Shown piece after piece: positions 26,358-35,568 of a stretch of 64,000 nucleotides of DNA (position 1 is its first letter; each line of letters opens with the position of its first letter). A program made the position numbers and the translations under genes. The notes beneath the pieces are model-generated. The model ran no database searches. It had not been told where the DNA came from and saw only the letters and a program-made list of their open reading frames with translations. The DNA comes from Candidatus Uhrbacteria bacterium (GTDB lineage: Bacteria > Patescibacteriota > Patescibacteriia > 2-12-FULL-60-25), in the NCBI GenBank assembly GCA_021413945.1, contig JAIOPK010000006.1, positions 390,327 through 454,326 of the forward strand, given 5' to 3'.

Positions 26358-29318
26358 ATGCCTTTGCGTTCATTCGCGAGTTGGAAGAACCTGTTTGTTG
26401 TTTGTGCTGTCGCACTTTTTTCGACTGTTGGTATTCTAAACTTTGGACAAACGACATATGCTGCAGGCCCAAATGAATCCTGCAACCAGGATACGGATTG
26501 TACTGCTGGCGCGTGTGCAGTGGCAGGAGATTGTGAATGTACCGGAGAGATAGAGACGCTAGGTACTCCTGGTCTGTGCCAGGGCACAACTGCGGGGATT
26601 GCGCGAGCAAGGGCAGCAGACAGTGCAGCGGCAGCAGCATCCGCCGACTCTTGCGGACCGCCTGGAAATTTCGGCACCTATATCTGTCAGGGCGTCACGA
26701 TGGTGTTAGGTTGGATCGTTACACTGCTTGGTTGGATCGTTTCATTGATTCTGACCGTCCTTCTAGCGTTTGCAAAATATAATAGCTTTTCAAGTGCGGC
26801 ACCTGTGGAAGTTGGTTGGCCGATCGTGAGAGACATTTGCAACATGTTTTTCATTGTCATTCTTCTTATTTCTGCATTTTCGACCATCATCGACTACGGA
26901 GGAGGAGAACTTCATTACACCAAGGTTTTACCGCGACTACTCATGATGGCGGTACTGATCAATTTTTCCAAAACGTTGATTCAGCTTCTGATCGACTTCT
27001 CGCAGGTTGTGATGCTGACGTTCGTGAATGCCTTTGCTTCCGCGGCTCAGGGAAATTTTGTGAATGCTCTTGGCTTGGCGCGGATCATGCAATTGTCAGC
27101 CGATGCGCCTGCGGGTGCTGCTAACGGGACAAACATTATCATCGCCTACATGCTGGCGATTTTTATGCTGGGTATCATGATTTCCGTCGTTACGATCATG
27201 ACAGGATTCCTTATTTTCCGCATTGTCGGTTTGTGGATCGCGTTAATCATGTCGCCATTGGCATTTTTTGTAACGGCGATTCCCGGCAAGCTATCTAAAC
27301 ATTTAGGAAGTATCGCGAACGACTATTGGTCGCGATTAGGAACATTGCTGACGGGAGGTCCGGTGATGGCATTCTTTTTGTGGCTGACGCTGGCGGTCGT
27401 GCAGGGAGCTAATTCGGGCGGTGGCGGGCTTGCCTCAGCATTATCTTTTGATGTTCCAGAAGGAGCGGCAACTTTTATTACTTCTATCGGTGACGCGCAG
27501 TCCATCGCTTCCTTCATCGTCGGCATCACTTTGCTCATGATGGGGTTGGATCAGGCGGTGAAGTCGGCGAGTGCCATTAGTAAGACGCTTGGAGGTTTTG
27601 CGGAGAAGGCAAAGGGAGCAGGTATGTCGCTTGGACGATTGGGTGCTACGGCTCCGTTTTTGGCTGCGGGGTATGGGGCGGCTTATGGAGCAAGAGGCGC
27701 GGCCCGCTATGCCGACAAGCGTTTGGATCTCACGCGTAAGGTTTCTGCAGCGGGTTTGCAGACATTGGGTCGAGTTCCCGTTGTCGGTTCAGCTTTGCGT
27801 CCGACCTTAGCCAAAGGTTTGACAATGCGGCGTGATGAAGCGGCAAAGCAGGCGAAGGAAGCGGCAGACTTGATGGCGGGTGTCGGCAAAACTGGTACCG
27901 ATGCGGAGCTACGAATGGTTGGCAAGACGTTTGGTATGGGTACGAGCGCGTTCCGTACACTTGGAGCTCGCGCAGGATCGGCGAAGGTTGCCGAAATTCT
28001 TTCTTCCGATGATTTGCGTGACCGTGAAGCAAAACGTAACAAGACCGCATTTATCGATGATATAAAAAAGAGGAATCCCGGGATCTCAGAAGACGAGGCC
28101 AAGGCGGGCTCGGACGTCATGTCTAAGGAGGCGGCAAATCGCGAGCAAGCTAAGTATGTTCGCTCACAATTAGCTCTTGCAAAAACAGCGGGAGACACAG
28201 GTAAGGTAGAGTCACTTGAGAAGTATATGAAGACCAATCCGCATTTGGCGGATCCGGAAGCACCGTATATTGGCAAGGATGGTAAGCCTGTCGAAGGAAA
28301 AAATGGTAGAGACAAATATATCGAGGACTTGGCTACAGATCCGGATCTGTACAAGGAAGTCGGCAAGCTTGATGCGATGAATGGCGAGGTTGCCACGGGC
28401 TTCATGTTGAAGCATGGCTGGGCGGAGGTTGATAAAGAACGCAAAGATGCCGATGGCAATGTTATTAAGTACAAATCGCTGGAGCAGAAGGACAAGGCGG
28501 CATGGGATCGTGTTAAAGGATCAGTGCAAAAGTCAGGTAACAAGGATCTGCTCAATGGCTTGAACGCCCATGAGGGGCTCGTTACGGAATCGCCGACGAC
28601 GGATTATCGCGATCTGAAGAAGGTACAGCATCGCTTCAATGCGGGAGATGGCATGACTCATGCATATAGCGTCGATCCCGCGGCCGTTCCGGGGAAGGGC
28701 GGGGCGCGTATCCGTAATGAAGGCGAGCGTGAATCGATTTCTAAGCTTCAGGAAGCCGCCAAACAGGGTGCGGGCTATACGGTTCCTGTGGAAGCAGCAC
28801 GAACCGCCTTGCGTTCCGGAGCTTCGTTCGCGGAGGTTGCAAAGATTACGGAAAGCGGCAAGGACAACGTTTCATCCATTGTCGATTCTGTCGTGAAAGA
28901 ATCAGTCGGCCAGGCTGCGCAGACAACCAACGAAGCAGACTTTAACGATGAGATCAAGAACATGAACAGTGTTTTCCGACAGATCGACGCGCAAGGCGTT
29001 ACGTCGGACCACCAGATAAAAATTGTTCACGCGGCTCTTACCGGTGGAATCGGTCAACTACTATCAAAGGAAAATTATCCCAGGATTGCAAGCGACCAGC
29101 GTGCGCATGTCGTTAAATTACTCGCCGTTGCAAAACAGCGCGTTAATGATCTGAAACAGCAAGACATAAGCAAGATGAAAGCGGAGGATCAAAAGATTGC
29201 CAAGGAGATTATCGACTCGATGGCCGCGCTTGAACGCGAGGCCGCCAAGAACAAGGACAGCAATATTCCTAGCGGAGCTGTCAAACAGATTTTGAGAAAG
29301 GACGTAGTTGTCGAGTAA
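26358..29318 (+). CDS. large polytopic membrane protein, VirB6/TrbL-like candidate of the T4SS-like cluster
   Basis: Signal peptide, a Cys-rich module (CNQDTDCTAGACAVAGDCECTG), about 7-8 TM helices and a ~550-aa hydrophilic Lys/Asp-rich C-terminal region. Its position is upstream of the PrgI/VirB4 genes. The VirB6-like call rests on topology and context only. Confidence 0.5.
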   Translation: MPLRSFASWKNLFVVCAVALFSTVGILNFGQTTYAAGPNESCNQDTDCTAGACAVAGDCECTGEIETLGTPGLCQGTTAGIARARAADSAAAAASADSCGPPGNFGTYICQGVTMVLGWIVTLLGWIVSLILTVLLAFAKYNSFSSAAPVEVGWPIVRDICNMFFIVILLISAFSTIIDYGGGELHYTKVLPRLLMMAVLINFSKTLIQLLIDFSQVVMLTFVNAFASAAQGNFVNALGLARIMQLSADAPAGAANGTNIIIAYMLAIFMLGIMISVVTIMTGFLIFRIVGLWIALIMSPLAFFVTAIPGKLSKHLGSIANDYWSRLGTLLTGGPVMAFFLWLTLAVVQGANSGGGGLASALSFDVPEGAATFITSIGDAQSIASFIVGITLLMMGLDQAVKSASAISKTLGGFAEKAKGAGMSLGRLGATAPFLAAGYGAAYGARGAARYADKRLDLTRKVSAAGLQTLGRVPVVGSALRPTLAKGLTMRRDEAAKQAKEAADLMAGVGKTGTDAELRMVGKTFGMGTSAFRTLGARAGSAKVAEILSSDDLRDREAKRNKTAFIDDIKKRNPGISEDEAKAGSDVMSKEAANREQAKYVRSQLALAKTAGDTGKVESLEKYMKTNPHLADPEAPYIGKDGKPVEGKNGRDKYIEDLATDPDLYKEVGKLDAMNGEVATGFMLKHGWAEVDKERKDADGNVIKYKSLEQKDKAAWDRVKGSVQKSGNKDLLNGLNAHEGLVTESPTTDYRDLKKVQHRFNAGDGMTHAYSVDPAAVPGKGGARIRNEGERESISKLQEAAKQGAGYTVPVEAARTALRSGASFAEVAKITESGKDNVSSIVDSVVKESVGQAAQTTNEADFNDEIKNMNSVFRQIDAQGVTSDHQIKIVHAALTGGIGQLLSKENYPRIASDQRAHVVKLLAVAKQRVNDLKQQDISKMKAEDQKIAKEIIDSMAALEREAAKNKDSNIPSGAVKQILRKDVVVE

Positions 29319-29324
29319 AGGCCT

Positions 29325-30899
29325 ATGACACGCGATGAATGGCTGAAAGGCTTCAATGCCGCTCCTGAAGCCGTTCAGGATTATTTGCTGGACCCTGTTT
29401 CCGGAACACAGGAGGACACGGCTCAGACGAAGCTCGCCTACGATAACGACGCATGGGATCGTGTCATGGATGTTGTTTGGGAATTACTGTTCAAGCGTTT
29501 GACTCGCTCGGAATTCGAGTTGAAGTGTCAAGCGATTGCGGGGAATCGGAAGCCGCAGGATGTGGAACGCGCGCTATTACAATGGCTCATTTTACCGTTA
29601 GCCGATCTCGTAACCTGGGATGTCGAGGGGCGTTTGCATGAGCTCGGCGTACCGTTGGCAGATGTACAGGGGTCGGTGCGCGTTTCTTTACGGCCCGTAT
29701 CTTATGGCGCAGCTGTCAGACGTATCGCCTCCACGGCGAAGATTAGTTTGCTGAACGAAGATATCGTTCGGAAAGTACGAGATGTCATGGTCTCCAATAT
29801 CAAGGGAGTGCGGTCAAAAGACCAAGTTATCGAAATCTTACAGCGTTCCCAATCGGAAGGAGGATTAGGGTTTGCCGCACAACAGGCACAAGCATTTTTT
29901 ACGGAGATGGAGAAGTTTTTGGCATCGACTCAAGTCTTGTCGGAACAGGAGTATGCGGAGTGGTATCGGAATTTTCAGCAGCAGGGGGACGAACAAGCGG
30001 AAGCCGCAAGCAAGAAGGCGGCGGTCGCAAGCGACGAGGTAACGGGGGCGGGGATGCCGAGGGCAGCGGCGGCCATTGATCCTGTGCTCGAAGCTGCTAT
30101 TGATGGTGCGATCACCCAGATTGGTGATTTGAAGTTGGATGAATATACGGCAAAACGCTTGCGAAATGTGGTGTCGACACGTTTGCGCGACGTCAGAAAT
30201 GCCCAGCAGACAAGGGCAATGTTGGAACGTGAGACGCATGTGGGAGGCGTCGGACTTGCGCCGGAAATTGCCGACAAAGTCGCGGGGATTATTGAGTCGA
30301 CGTACACAGCACAACACGCATCCATCGATGAGGAGCAACGCAAGATGATCGAGAGTACGCAGGATGAACAACGCAAAAAAATTGATGAACGGAAACAGCG
30401 GGAAAGCGAGGAACATGCCGCTTGGTATAAGCAGAAGGTTGCCGGCGCAAAAGGGGATACGGCCGTCGAGCAATTGCGCGCGGCCATGCAGGGGAAGCCG
30501 CTGCCTATTGAGGCGAGCGGAGAGCAGCGCGCGGCTCCGAAACCGTCGATGGTCGACATTGTGCCCCCGATGAGGCTTTCCGGACTTGGCGATGAGTTGA
30601 AATCGATGGATATTGAAACATTCCGCAGACAGGCTAAGACGCCGGAACAGGCTGCAGAGAAGATTTATCAAAAACTCGAAACGCTGAAGCGCGAGAACTT
30701 TGAACGCTGGACGGATGGCGTTACCGCATGGAGATCGTCGCCTCTTCAGCAACAATATTTGAAATTGGTTACGGAAAGCTTTGCCTCGGCGAAACCGGTA
30801 GCACAGCTTGTTGAAGAAAAGCGAAAAATCGACCCAAATTTACCCACAGCCGAGGAGTTAGGAGCGATCATTGCGCTCAATGCACGTATTCAGTTTTAG
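29325..30899 (+). CDS. hypothetical coiled-coil protein (T4SS-cluster associated)
   Basis: 524-aa ORF separated from the preceding gene by a 6-nt gap. Helical with Gln/Glu-rich segments. No family recognised. Confidence 0.55.
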   Translation: MTRDEWLKGFNAAPEAVQDYLLDPVSGTQEDTAQTKLAYDNDAWDRVMDVVWELLFKRLTRSEFELKCQAIAGNRKPQDVERALLQWLILPLADLVTWDVEGRLHELGVPLADVQGSVRVSLRPVSYGAAVRRIASTAKISLLNEDIVRKVRDVMVSNIKGVRSKDQVIEILQRSQSEGGLGFAAQQAQAFFTEMEKFLASTQVLSEQEYAEWYRNFQQQGDEQAEAASKKAAVASDEVTGAGMPRAAAAIDPVLEAAIDGAITQIGDLKLDEYTAKRLRNVVSTRLRDVRNAQQTRAMLERETHVGGVGLAPEIADKVAGIIESTYTAQHASIDEEQRKMIESTQDEQRKKIDERKQRESEEHAAWYKQKVAGAKGDTAVEQLRAAMQGKPLPIEASGEQRAAPKPSMVDIVPPMRLSGLGDELKSMDIETFRRQAKTPEQAAEKIYQKLETLKRENFERWTDGVTAWRSSPLQQQYLKLVTESFASAKPVAQLVEEKRKIDPNLPTAEELGAIIALNARIQF

Positions 30900-30900
30900 C

Positions 30901-30995
30901 CTGTCATCCCAGCGAACGCTGGGATCCAGCTGAGTAAATCGACAGCTTTATAACCTTTCATCCAAGCTGGATTCCTGCCTTCGCAGGAATGACAG
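30901..30995. repeat. 95-bp nested-palindrome (MITE-like) element
   Basis: The left arm CTGTCATCCCAGCGAACGCTGGGATCCAGCT and the reverse complement of the right arm CTGTCATTCCTGCGAAGGCAGGAATCCAGCT are imperfect terminal inverted repeats. Each arm is itself a hairpin, and the differences between arms are compensatory. Confidence 0.6.
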
Positions 30996-31017
30996 TGATT
31001 ATGCTATACTAAGGCAA

Positions 31018-31464
31018 ATGCCAGAGAAATTCGTTGTACCCCAATTCATTGATAACGAAGATAAAATTCTTGGCCCGATTACGGTCAGACAGTTCTTGTT
31101 GTCGCTGGGTGGTACCTTTGCTCTTTTTCTTGAATACAAGATCTTCCAGCTGCCGATTTTTATCGTCCTGGCGATTCTTACGGCCGCTTTCGTCGGCGTG
31201 TTTGGATTCTTGAAAATCAACGGACAGCCGTTTCACTTGTTTTTCGTCAACGTATTGCAGACCATGATGCGTCCGCGATTGCGCGTTTGGCACAAAGATC
31301 TCAATGACGCTGAACTAAGGGTTTTGGCCATCAAGCCGCCTGATATCAAGGATCTAAAATCGGCCGTTGTAGCCAAGAGCCGGCCGGAGTCCACACGACT
31401 GCGTGATTTAGCCCTCACGGTAAACACGGGAGGGGTGTACAATCCTGACGAGGAACCGACCTGA
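31018..31464 (+). CDS. PrgI-family (VirB3-like) small membrane protein
   Basis: The N-terminus VPQFIDNEDKILGPITVRQFLLSLGG followed by two TM helices is the characteristic PrgI-family pattern of Gram-positive conjugation systems. It lies upstream of virB4. Confidence 0.7.
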   Translation: MPEKFVVPQFIDNEDKILGPITVRQFLLSLGGTFALFLEYKIFQLPIFIVLAILTAAFVGVFGFLKINGQPFHLFFVNVLQTMMRPRLRVWHKDLNDAELRVLAIKPPDIKDLKSAVVAKSRPESTRLRDLALTVNTGGVYNPDEEPT

Positions 31465-31465
31465 T

Positions 31466-32152
31466 ATGCAGAGCAAACAACTTTCGGGACCCAAACCTGG
31501 CGTTCCTTCACAGAGATTCCTCGACGTTGCGGAAATACGCGACGATATTGTGATTATGCGCGACGGAACCTTGCGCTCCGTGCTTTTGGTTTCCAGCATT
31601 AACTTTTCTTTGAAATCGGTGGATGAACAGAATGCGATCGTGCAGGCGTACATGCAGTTTTTGAACGGGTTGGATTATCCGATCCAAGTTGTGATCCAGT
31701 CGCGCCGCATGAATATCGACAATTACATGCGTCAGCTTGATGAAAGCGAGAAAACGCTGACCAGCGATCTCTTGAAGCGCCAGATTCACGATTATAAAGA
31801 TTTCGTCGTCCAGCTCGTCAAGCTTGGCGACATCATGCAGAAACGTTTTTATGTGGTTGTCCCGCTTAACCCGGCGACGGATAAAGGCACGGTGCAAAAA
31901 GGATTTACCCAGCGTTTGTCGGAGATCTTTTCTCCAACCATCGTCGGAAAGCTGACGGAAGAACGTTTTCAGAAGTTACAGTTTGATTTGAGTCTGCGTG
32001 TCAACCAGATCATCGGCGGGCTCTCGAGTATGTCGCTTAACGCGGTGGCCCTCGACACCCAGAGCTTGATTGAAATGCTGTACACCGTTTACAACCCGGA
32101 GCTGTTTGAGACACAGCGCATGACGGATATCTCCAAGCTGCAACTCGAATAA
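31466..32152 (+). CDS. hypothetical T4SS-associated protein
   Basis: 228-aa ORF separated from the PrgI-like gene by a 1-nt gap (31464/31466). FLDVAEIRDDIVIMRDGTLRSVLLVSSINFSLKS...IVQAYMQFLN resembles the N-terminal region of long VirB4/TraC ATPases. That resemblance is my impression and is not verified. Confidence 0.5.
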   Translation: MQSKQLSGPKPGVPSQRFLDVAEIRDDIVIMRDGTLRSVLLVSSINFSLKSVDEQNAIVQAYMQFLNGLDYPIQVVIQSRRMNIDNYMRQLDESEKTLTSDLLKRQIHDYKDFVVQLVKLGDIMQKRFYVVVPLNPATDKGTVQKGFTQRLSEIFSPTIVGKLTEERFQKLQFDLSLRVNQIIGGLSSMSLNAVALDTQSLIEMLYTVYNPELFETQRMTDISKLQLE

Positions 32153-32155
32153 TAT

Positions 32156-34054
32156 ATGGCCTTTACCCCGGAACAAAAACCAGCGTTTGACCCTTCGCTT
32201 ATCACGAAGGGGGGGGTTGGATTCCAGAAAGGTCCTACCAAGGAAGAAGCGAAGCTTCAATCGCAAGAGCAAAAGATTGCGCTTGAGGAAGAACGCATTT
32301 ATCGAAAGGGCGTCGCGTCGATCAAGGACTTGATCGCACCAGCCTCGATGGTCGTGGAACCGTCGTTTGTCAGACTGGGCGACGTGTATTGCCGTACGCT
32401 GTTTGTCGTCACATACCCTCGCTATGTCACCGTCGGTTGGGCCTCGCCGATTATCAACCTGTCCGCACAGCTCGATATCGCGATGTTTTTCTATCCGATC
32501 AAAGCCGATGTCGTTCTGAAACAGCTGAAGCGCAAGGTTGGTGTTCTCGAGGCACAGATTTCGTCGGACGCAGAGTCCGGAAAACCTCGCGATCCGATTA
32601 ACGAGACGGCTTTGCGCGATATCGAGCAGTTGCGCGATGACTTGACGCAGGGCATCGAACACTTTTTCCAATTCGCATTTTACTGCACGTTCTACTCGAA
32701 AGATAAGGACGAGCTAGAGCGCGTAACATCGAGCGTTGAAAGCACATTCGCCGCGATGTTGATATATACGCGCCGCTCCTATTTCCAAGCGGAGCAGGGT
32801 TTCAACTCGACATTGCCTGTCGGCAACGACGAATTGCAGATTACGTTTAACATGAGCACGTCGCCGATTGCGTCGTCGTTTCCGTTTACATCAGCCGAGC
32901 TGACGAGCGATAACGGAATTTTGTACGGAGTAAATCGACATAACAACTCGCTGATCATTTTCGATCGATTCTCATTGCAGAATGCGAACGCTGTCGTGTT
33001 TGCCACTTCCGGTGCGGGAAAATCGTATGCTGTTAAGCTTGAGATTATTCGTTCACTCATGTTGGGCGTCGATGTCATCGTTATCGATCCGGAATCGGAA
33101 TATAAGCATTTGTCGGATGCGGTCGGAGGAACGTATATCAATATTTCGCTGGCTTCTCGTTCGAAGATCAATCCGTTCGACTTGCCGCGACCGGCAGGGG
33201 AGGCGTTTTCCGTCGAGGACATCATTCGAAGCGCCGTTATTACGATTAAGGGTTTGCTTCGATTGATGCTTGGCAAGATCACGACGGCGGAAGACTCGAT
33301 TCTCGACCGTGCGTTGCTCGAAACATACGCGAAGAAAGATATTATGCCGGGAGCGGATCTTGCAACTGTTGAGGTTCCTATTTTGCAGGATTTTCAGAGC
33401 ATTCTCGAAGGTATGGAGGGGACGGCCGAACTGATCGTGAAACTTAAGAAGTTTACGGAGGGTACATTCTCCGGATTGCTCAACTCGCCGACAACGGTGC
33501 AGATGAACAACCAGCTCGTGGTGTTCTCGGTTCGCGATTTGGAAGACGAATTGCGCGCGATGTCGATCTATACGATTATCAACTACATCTGGAATGTCGT
33601 TCGTTCGGAACGCAAGAAGCGTATTCTGATTATCGACGAGGCATGGTGGCTGATGCAGTCGGAAGACTCGGCTAAGTTCGTCTTTGCACTCGTGAAGCGC
33701 TGCCGTAAGTATTTCCTCGGCATCTCGACGATTACGCAGGATGTGAACGACTTCTTGACCTCGCCGTATGGTCAGGCGATTGTAACGAACAGCTCGATGC
33801 AGTTGCTGATGAAGCAGTCGCCGGCGGCTATCGACCTGATTGCACGCACATTTTTGCTCACGCAGTCGGAAAAGTATTTGCTGCTCGAGTCCGGTGTGGG
33901 AGAAGGGATCTTCTTTGCAGGATCAAAACATGCCGCCATCCAAATCGTGGCTTCGTATACGGAGGACCAGATCGTTACGACCAATCCGCAGCAGCTGCTC
34001 AAGATTGAGGCGGCTAAGAAAGAGTTTGAAGAATCACAAAATCCAGCCGCCTAA
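32156..34054 (+). CDS. virB4: VirB4-family T4SS ATPase
   Basis: Walker A (FATSGAGKSYAVK), Walker B (RILIIDEAWWLM) and an N-terminal domain pattern (YCRTLFVVTYPRYVTVGWASPII) typical of Gram-positive VirB4/PrgJ/TraE-like proteins. Confidence 0.85.
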   Translation: MAFTPEQKPAFDPSLITKGGVGFQKGPTKEEAKLQSQEQKIALEEERIYRKGVASIKDLIAPASMVVEPSFVRLGDVYCRTLFVVTYPRYVTVGWASPIINLSAQLDIAMFFYPIKADVVLKQLKRKVGVLEAQISSDAESGKPRDPINETALRDIEQLRDDLTQGIEHFFQFAFYCTFYSKDKDELERVTSSVESTFAAMLIYTRRSYFQAEQGFNSTLPVGNDELQITFNMSTSPIASSFPFTSAELTSDNGILYGVNRHNNSLIIFDRFSLQNANAVVFATSGAGKSYAVKLEIIRSLMLGVDVIVIDPESEYKHLSDAVGGTYINISLASRSKINPFDLPRPAGEAFSVEDIIRSAVITIKGLLRLMLGKITTAEDSILDRALLETYAKKDIMPGADLATVEVPILQDFQSILEGMEGTAELIVKLKKFTEGTFSGLLNSPTTVQMNNQLVVFSVRDLEDELRAMSIYTIINYIWNVVRSERKKRILIIDEAWWLMQSEDSAKFVFALVKRCRKYFLGISTITQDVNDFLTSPYGQAIVTNSSMQLLMKQSPAAIDLIARTFLLTQSEKYLLLESGVGEGIFFAGSKHAAIQIVASYTEDQIVTTNPQQLLKIEAAKKEFEESQNPAA

Positions 34055-34064
34055 CCTTTGATCT

Positions 34065-34685
34065 ATGAGAAATCGCATCCTGCTCATCCTGCTTGTCCTT
34101 GCCGCCATCATTGGCATTGGGGCCGTTGTCTGGTTCATCTTACGACCGGCTTTGCCGGGAAACCTTTCTCCACAGCCGCCGGCATCGACACAAAATCCGT
34201 CGGACAAGCCGTTTAACCCGACGCCGGCTTTGCCACAGCCCACGACATCGACAGGGGTAGATGCTAATTCGCCCGCAGAACGCGAACGTCAGGCTCAAGA
34301 AGTCTTGAAGCGTGCGTCGCTTGATATGGCGGCACGCTTGAACACGTATTCCAATGCCGATGGATATGACGCATTACGCGTCATCCAGGCAAGCGTTGAT
34401 CCCGTGCTTGCCGCGAAGCTTGAGACGACACGCTTGACCCTGCGCCGCGATCACCCGAGTTTTGGAGCTTCATGGGGCCAGACCGTTCAAGCTCTTTCCG
34501 CCGTCATCAACAGCCCTCCGCCGATTCTATCGGCCACACAAGCTTCCGTAACCGTACAGGCGCAGACGACGGTCGAGAGTGCGGGTAAAGCAAATGTGGT
34601 CAGCCAAAATAGAATTGATCTGACATTGAAACGCAATGGAAACACTTGGCTCGTCTTCGACATGGTTATCAGCGCTGGCGAGTAA
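34065..34685 (+). CDS. bitopic membrane protein, possible VirB8-like component
   Basis: N-terminal TM helix, a Pro/Thr-rich linker and a ~130-aa alpha+beta C-terminal domain, immediately after virB4. The VirB8-like idea rests on architecture and context only. Confidence 0.45.
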   Translation: MRNRILLILLVLAAIIGIGAVVWFILRPALPGNLSPQPPASTQNPSDKPFNPTPALPQPTTSTGVDANSPAERERQAQEVLKRASLDMAARLNTYSNADGYDALRVIQASVDPVLAAKLETTRLTLRRDHPSFGASWGQTVQALSAVINSPPPILSATQASVTVQAQTTVESAGKANVVSQNRIDLTLKRNGNTWLVFDMVISAGE

Positions 34686-35307
34686 TACCCTCGACAGCCT
34701 GTTCCCGCCCGCTTGTATCGGTTGTGGTACAAGCGGGTTTTGGTGCTGCGATGATTGTTTCCAATCGATTGATTTTGACGTTGAAGCGCCTAAGATCGAC
34801 CATGTCGACAGAACTTGGATTATCGGATCCTATGCTCATCCCTTTCTACGAAAACTTCTAACGAGCTATAAGTATCGTTCAGCGACATGTCTGGAACCGA
34901 TCTTAAGGCGCTTGCTTGTTCGATGGGAGCATTCGACCGGCGCGAGATTCGATGGCGAGTGGACGATTGTCGCAACGCCCACGGATGAAAAACACGTGCT
35001 CGAGAGAGGATTCGACCATACGGAACGTTTGGCGGAGATCGTCAGGGAATGCCTGCTACCGGCCGCCAAGGTCGAAAGGATGTTACGACGCAATCGAAAA
35101 ACAGAAGCGAATGCGAATTTGCATGATCCGGATATGCGAAAGGGGAATCTTCGGGGCTCCATTGAAGTGATCAAACCGGTGCGAGGGAATATCCTTTTGG
35201 TTGATGATGTGGTGACAAGCGGAGCAACAATGGGGGAATGCGCAAAAGTAATCCGGCATGCCGGAGCGGACAGGATCGAGGGGATGGCGTTTGCGCTGGG
35301 CGGCTAA
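34636..35307 (+). CDS. comFC: ComF-family phosphoribosyltransferase (ComFC)
   Basis: N-terminal Cys4 zinc finger (CIGCG...CCDDC) and a PRTase motif (LLVDDVVTSGAT). The exact start is uncertain, as the track start overlaps the previous gene by 50 nt. Confidence 0.75.
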   Translation: METLGSSSTWLSALASNTLDSLFPPACIGCGTSGFWCCDDCFQSIDFDVEAPKIDHVDRTWIIGSYAHPFLRKLLTSYKYRSATCLEPILRRLLVRWEHSTGARFDGEWTIVATPTDEKHVLERGFDHTERLAEIVRECLLPAAKVERMLRRNRKTEANANLHDPDMRKGNLRGSIEVIKPVRGNILLVDDVVTSGATMGECAKVIRHAGADRIEGMAFALGG

Positions 35308-35520
35308 TTATAGATTGCTCAATTCCTTCAGGTCGTGGTCGGGCAAATATAAGATAACTAATCCGAGAATAACTCCTCCGATGGCTGTAAAGGCATGACC
35401 GCCTTGGAACAGATAGAGGTCTATCGCATCCAATAAGTACCAAAGACCTCTCCAAATAAGGACGATGCCCAAAACCACCGAAAAATTTTGGATGAGTTTT
35501 TTGAGCTTGTTCTTGGTCAT
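35308..35520 (-). CDS. small hypothetical membrane protein
   Basis: 70-aa ORF with two TM helices. Confidence 0.4.
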   Translation of the reverse strand: MTKNKLKKLIQNFSVVLGIVLIWRGLWYLLDAIDLYLFQGGHAFTAIGGVILGLVILYLPDHDLKELSNL

Positions 35521-35568
35521 AGTTATAGAACATGCTACCAGCTTCGCTTGAAGAACAAAACGACTCGC

